Positions 61,101-64,000 of a stretch of DNA of 64,000 bases are shown in pieces; the first letter of the stretch is position 1, and each line of letters opens with the position of its first letter. The notes under the pieces were generated by a model that saw only the letters and a list, made by a program, of their open reading frames with translations, was not told where the DNA came from and ran no database searches. Source of the stretch: a virus. Where the stretch lies: positions 11,271 to 75,270 of the IMG/VR virus record IMGVR_UViG_3300020731_000015; one strand, 5' to 3'. Made by a program: the position numbers and the translations under genes.

Positions 61101-64000
61101 GTGCTGGTGGAGTGGTCGCCCCTTATATTTCAGCATACGACACTACGACCCAAACCGCCTCATCAACTACAACCGCCTATGTAGTTGGCATAAACACCAC
61201 AAGCGGAAACTACGGCATTTCTATCGTTAGTGGCAACCAAGTCACCTTTAGTTATGCTGGCACATACAACATCCAATACTCAATTCAGTTCACCAACTCG
61301 GATAGCAACTCGGACAATGTTGATGTGTGGCTACGCAAAAATGGTTCAGATGTCGCTGAAACAAACTCAATTTACAATGTTCCCGGCACAAGTCACGGTG
61401 GCTCTGGCGCACTTATCGCAGCCATCAACTACCTAGTCAATGTAAACGCTGGTGATTATGTTCAGTTGGCGTGGGCGGTATCAAGCACAACTATCGCTAT
61501 CACCACAACCGCAGCACAAACAAGCCCAACGGTTCCAGCAACGCCGGGCGTAATCTTTACGGCACAACAAATCACATATCAAGGTCTTCAGGGGTATCAA
61601 GGATTTCAGGGTAGTCAGGGAACTCAAGGAACACAGGGTTTTCAGGGAGTTCTAGGCTCACAGGGATACCAAGGAAATCAAGGTTTTCAGGGTGTTGCTG
61701 GCTCACAGGGAAATCAGGGGTATCAGGGGGCAACCGGTTCGCAAGGAAGCACGGGTTCACAGGGGTATCAAGGAACACAAGGTCAAACAGGTTCTCAAGG
61801 CTCCATTGGTTCGCAAGGGTCACAGGGGTATCAAGGTCAAACTGGCTCGCAGGGTTCGCAAGGAAGTACTGGCGCTCAAGGCTCGCAAGGGTATCAAGGC
61901 AATCAAGGTAATCAGGGAACGCAGGGTTCTACTGGCGCGACAGGGTCACAAGGTTCTACGGGTGCTACAGGTGCTCAGGGTTCTACTGGTGCGCAGGGTG
62001 CGCAAGGAAACCAAGGTGTTCAGGGTTCTACGGGGTCACAGGGTTCACAAGGTTTCCAAGGCACACAGGGTTCAACTGGCTCACAAGGTTCCACCGGCTC
62101 GCAGGGCGCTCAGGGCTATCAGGGTAATCAGGGAACTACAGGAAGTCAAGGTAATCAAGGTTTCCAAGGCAACCAAGGAACGCAGGGAACAACGGGTTCT
62201 CAGGGCAACCAAGGTAATCAGGGTTTCCAAGGCACAGGCTATTCGGGTGTCACCTCATCTACCTCAACAACAATTGGAACAGGGTCGCTTACTTTTTCAG
62301 TAGCCGCTACTCAGGCGTTTGCCGTGGGTCTGCGTGTCCGTGTAGCAAACAGCGCAACCAACTGGCTTGAAGGAAACATCACCGCCCTAACGCCCAACTC
62401 GTCTATCACGGTTCTCGTAGATACGACAAGCGGAACAGGAACTTTCACCTCTTGGACTTTTGGAATTGCCGGTGTTGTCGGACCACAGGGTTTTCAGGGA
62501 AACCAAGGAACGCAAGGCACACAAGGAAATCAAGGCAACCAAGGAAGCACAGGCTCTCAGGGTTCACAGGGCTATCAGGGAACGACAGGTTCGCAAGGTT
62601 CTCAGGGTTTCCAAGGTAATCAGGGCGCAACTGGTAGTCAAGGCTCACAAGGATTTCAAGGTTCACAAGGAAACCAAGGAACAACGGGTGCTACGGGTTC
62701 GCAAGGTAATCAAGGATTTCAGGGAACGATTGGTTCTCAAGGAACACAAGGAAACCAAGGTGCGATTGGCTCTACTGGTAGTCAGGGCGCTCAAGGTTAT
62801 CAAGGCAACCAAGGAACGCAGGGAACACAGGGAACACAGGGAACACAAGGCAACCAAGGTTCGCAAGGAACACAAGGAACTATCGGAAGTCAAGGAGTTC
62901 AGGGATACCAAGGAAGTCAAGGAACGCAGGGTTCGCAGGGTAATCAGGGTGCTCAAGGAAATCAGGGAAGTCAAGGTTTCCAAGGTAATCAAGGAAACCA
63001 AGGCGCGCAATCTGCCGTTCAGGGGCCACAAGGGTATCAAGGGTATCAAGGGTATCAAGGTGTAAGCGGCGCGCAAAACGCACTCCCCCTTACAGGTGGA
63101 ACGCTAACTGGTGAATTGTTCGTTCCAAATATTGATGTCACGAACACGCCATCCAATACGACCTCAACCAATGTCGGCGTAATCCAAAATGGTTCAGCAC
63201 TCGGATACTCCGATGTAAACATTATGGAGTCAATCGCTTCTACGGTCAATAACTACAACCAAGTTATTATTCAGAACCTAAGCAACGGAACGCAAGCGAG
63301 CGCGAACTTTAATATCTCGAACGACCAAGGAACTAACAACTCCAACTATGGTGAAATCGGTATCAACTCCTCTGGCTTCCAAGGAACGGGCGCGTTTGGA
63401 AAAGCGGGAATGGTTTACCTCGCTTCGGGCTCAACCGAACTAGCAGTTGGAACTTACGGCCCACAGGCGATTCACTTTGTAGTGAATAACGGCGCGACAG
63501 ACGCTATGACTATTAGTTCTAGCGGAAACACCACAATCTACGGAACTCTGGCTATGAACAGCCAGAAGATTACGAGTCTCGCCAACGGAACGGCCTCAAC
63601 TGATGCCGCTGCTTTTGGTCAGATTCCAACCTCTTTGCCCCCTAACGGCTCTGCCGGTGGTGACTTGACTGGAACATATCCAAACCCCACCCTCGCCTCA
63701 ATCGTCACAGGAAGCACGGTAGGTTCATCAACCCAGATTCCAGTAATCACCTACGATGCTAAGGGCCGAATTACAGGAACATCAACTGCCACTCCATCAG
63801 GAGTTTCGGCTACTCAACGCACAGGTTCAGCAACGGCGAATGCTGGGGAATACACAATCTTTACTGGCTCAAGCACGGGAACTATCAGTCTCCCCTCTTC
63901 GCCAGCAAACGGAACGATAAACACAGTAGCAAACTACGCAAGCGTTAACATCACCGTTTCTCGTAGTAGCACGAACACCCTAACTTTGGAACAGGGATAC
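58172..64000 (+). CDS. Very large collagen-like fibre protein (partial, more than 1940 aa, runs off the window, absent from the ORF track)
   Basis: Leaderless TAGAAT-N6-ATG; frame confirmed at 59081, 60602, 63062 and 63962; Gly-X-Gln triplet blocks separated by beta-rich domains. Confidence 0.85.
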   Translation, partial: MAYPSATSKRSVPGSAKPTYITTSLSSSYAETTFTLFSATSWLEVGTNGQDTSNPLGTSGVFTVVVDFGLSTEEHILCSAVNPSTGVVTIWTDGTLNGRGWDGTPISAHAPNGGINNCFPFVGGTDFSAITSVISTLFPNGGTSQAYNYSSVTPTSNPTLTGQYNQVNPTASGQSVTLPPIAATGQFIYIDNNSSSYSLAVYPNLSTQTIDLGTAGSPIFLAPNAYWLGVVEATGSAGNWVSVIQSMQGSDPISVSYGHGTLTFALTGIVPTSNGGTGLSSIGTAGQALVVNNAGTALTYTTVVGQQGYQGSQGFQGTQGSTGSQGTTGSTGPKGDTGPQGPQGYQGSQGSQGATGTQGFQGNQGFQGQTGSQGSTGSQGSQGFQGQTGSQGNQGNQGFQGTQGQTGSQGSTGSQGSQGFQGNQGQVGSQGSQGYQGNQGVQGLNLSFKGDYSSSYAYYHIGDVVTYLGSSYVCYAGSGLQNIPPTNTAYWQLIAQVGSQGNQGFQGNQGNQGVAGTQGNQGFQGNQGSVGSQGNQGYQGQTGAQGFQGNQGNTGATGSQGNQGYQGTQGQTGSQGSQGNQGYQGVIGATGAQGAVGSQGSQGYQGNQGNQGTTGAQGSQGYQGSTGSQGATGSQGAQGYQGSQGTAGTNGAQGAQGFQGSTGSQGAQGYQGATGSQGSTGAQGSTGATGSQGSQGSQGFQGNQGTQGSTGSQGTQGSTGSQGTQGNQGFQGSTGSQGSQGFQGNTGSQGSQGSQGTQGVQGSTGAQGSTGAQGSTGSQGSQGFQGAIGSQGSTGSQGATGSQGAQGYQGNQGTQGATSTANAHPAVKVVYTNNLPATYAAGSADAENGTGVGATITATANGALGAIDSVSLSVGDRILFTGRTNNIENGIYTVTSLGSPTSKYSFTRATDYDNHIALQVISGDYSFITNGTLYGNTTWVQYGNGSNPDASIRIGTDAITFTETAGIGAQGYQGVQGAGGVVAPYISAYDTTTQTASSTTTAYVVGINTTSGNYGISIVSGNQVTFSYAGTYNIQYSIQFTNSDSNSDNVDVWLRKNGSDVAETNSIYNVPGTSHGGSGALIAAINYLVNVNAGDYVQLAWAVSSTTIAITTTAAQTSPTVPATPGVIFTAQQITYQGLQGYQGFQGSQGTQGTQGFQGVLGSQGYQGNQGFQGVAGSQGNQGYQGATGSQGSTGSQGYQGTQGQTGSQGSIGSQGSQGYQGQTGSQGSQGSTGAQGSQGYQGNQGNQGTQGSTGATGSQGSTGATGAQGSTGAQGAQGNQGVQGSTGSQGSQGFQGTQGSTGSQGSTGSQGAQGYQGNQGTTGSQGNQGFQGNQGTQGTTGSQGNQGNQGFQGTGYSGVTSSTSTTIGTGSLTFSVAATQAFAVGLRVRVANSATNWLEGNITALTPNSSITVLVDTTSGTGTFTSWTFGIAGVVGPQGFQGNQGTQGTQGNQGNQGSTGSQGSQGYQGTTGSQGSQGFQGNQGATGSQGSQGFQGSQGNQGTTGATGSQGNQGFQGTIGSQGTQGNQGAIGSTGSQGAQGYQGNQGTQGTQGTQGTQGNQGSQGTQGTIGSQGVQGYQGSQGTQGSQGNQGAQGNQGSQGFQGNQGNQGAQSAVQGPQGYQGYQGYQGVSGAQNALPLTGGTLTGELFVPNIDVTNTPSNTTSTNVGVIQNGSALGYSDVNIMESIASTVNNYNQVIIQNLSNGTQASANFNISNDQGTNNSNYGEIGINSSGFQGTGAFGKAGMVYLASGSTELAVGTYGPQAIHFVVNNGATDAMTISSSGNTTIYGTLAMNSQKITSLANGTASTDAAAFGQIPTSLPPNGSAGGDLTGTYPNPTLASIVTGSTVGSSTQIPVITYDAKGRITGTSTATPSGVSATQRTGSATANAGEYTIFTGSSTGTISLPSSPANGTINTVANYASVNITVSRSSTNTLTLEQGY
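59087..63062 (+). repeat. Collagen-like (Gly-X-Gln/Thr)n blocks
   Basis: Blocks at about 59087-59500, 59662-60620, 61579-62240 and 62471-63062. Confidence 0.9.

Noticed and set aside
59079-63083. Arg/Lys/Val-rich ORFs (59079, 59934, 61692, 62460) and their antisense ORFs
   Set aside because: These are shadow frames of the Gly-X-Gln repeat; the real gene is the frame starting at 58172.
1-64000. Prophage or integrated element with host flanks
   Set aside because: No integrase, att site or run of host housekeeping genes is visible. orn, def and whiB share the phage's codon and motif signature.

Overview
A 64-kb segment of a large tailed dsDNA phage (Caudoviricetes). The host is most likely an actinobacterium, judged from two whiB genes, many leaderless TANNNT-N6/7-ATG starts, a GH25 endolysin and an Rpf-like transglycosylase. 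Layout: terminase nuclease domain (1-0.7 kb); about 21 kb of early/accessory genes (amidoligase, class II GATase, GGCT, GT2-TPR glycosyltransferase, dCMP deaminase, oligoribonuclease, WhiB, lysis genes, SSB); portal and XkdF-like prohead protease (22-25.7 kb); a 20-kb protein array (25.7-46 kb); a fragmented C5 DNA methyltransferase locus (47-50 kb); RecB/Cas4-like nuclease; scaffold, decoration protein and major capsid protein (52-54.6 kb); phosphoesterase and peptide deformylase; and a collagen-like fibre of more than 1900 aa that runs off the window. The strongest candidate for an undescribed system is the array: 11 largely non-homologous proteins carry 15 copies of a K-G-D-x-x-G-H-x-F-x-G-N-Q-[YWH] tag, often after a shared F-x-x-E-I-E-S-W-V-R-I-A-K leader. 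Their cargo domains include ADP-ribosyltransferases, an Apk2-like alarmone synthetase with a probable immunity gene, a PI3/4K-like kinase, ParB-like domains, a zincin peptidase and His-rich helical bundles. I infer a protease-processed, capsid-addressed effector payload. Other notable signals are a one-catalytic/three-C-terminal-module methyltransferase with an overlapping-frame peptide and a slippery site, two structured ncRNA candidates, a strand-polar TGCTGAAA octamer, and a late-promoter-like TTT(CC/GG)AAA-N8-TANNNT motif. All family calls come from motif recognition by eye, and all counts are manual.
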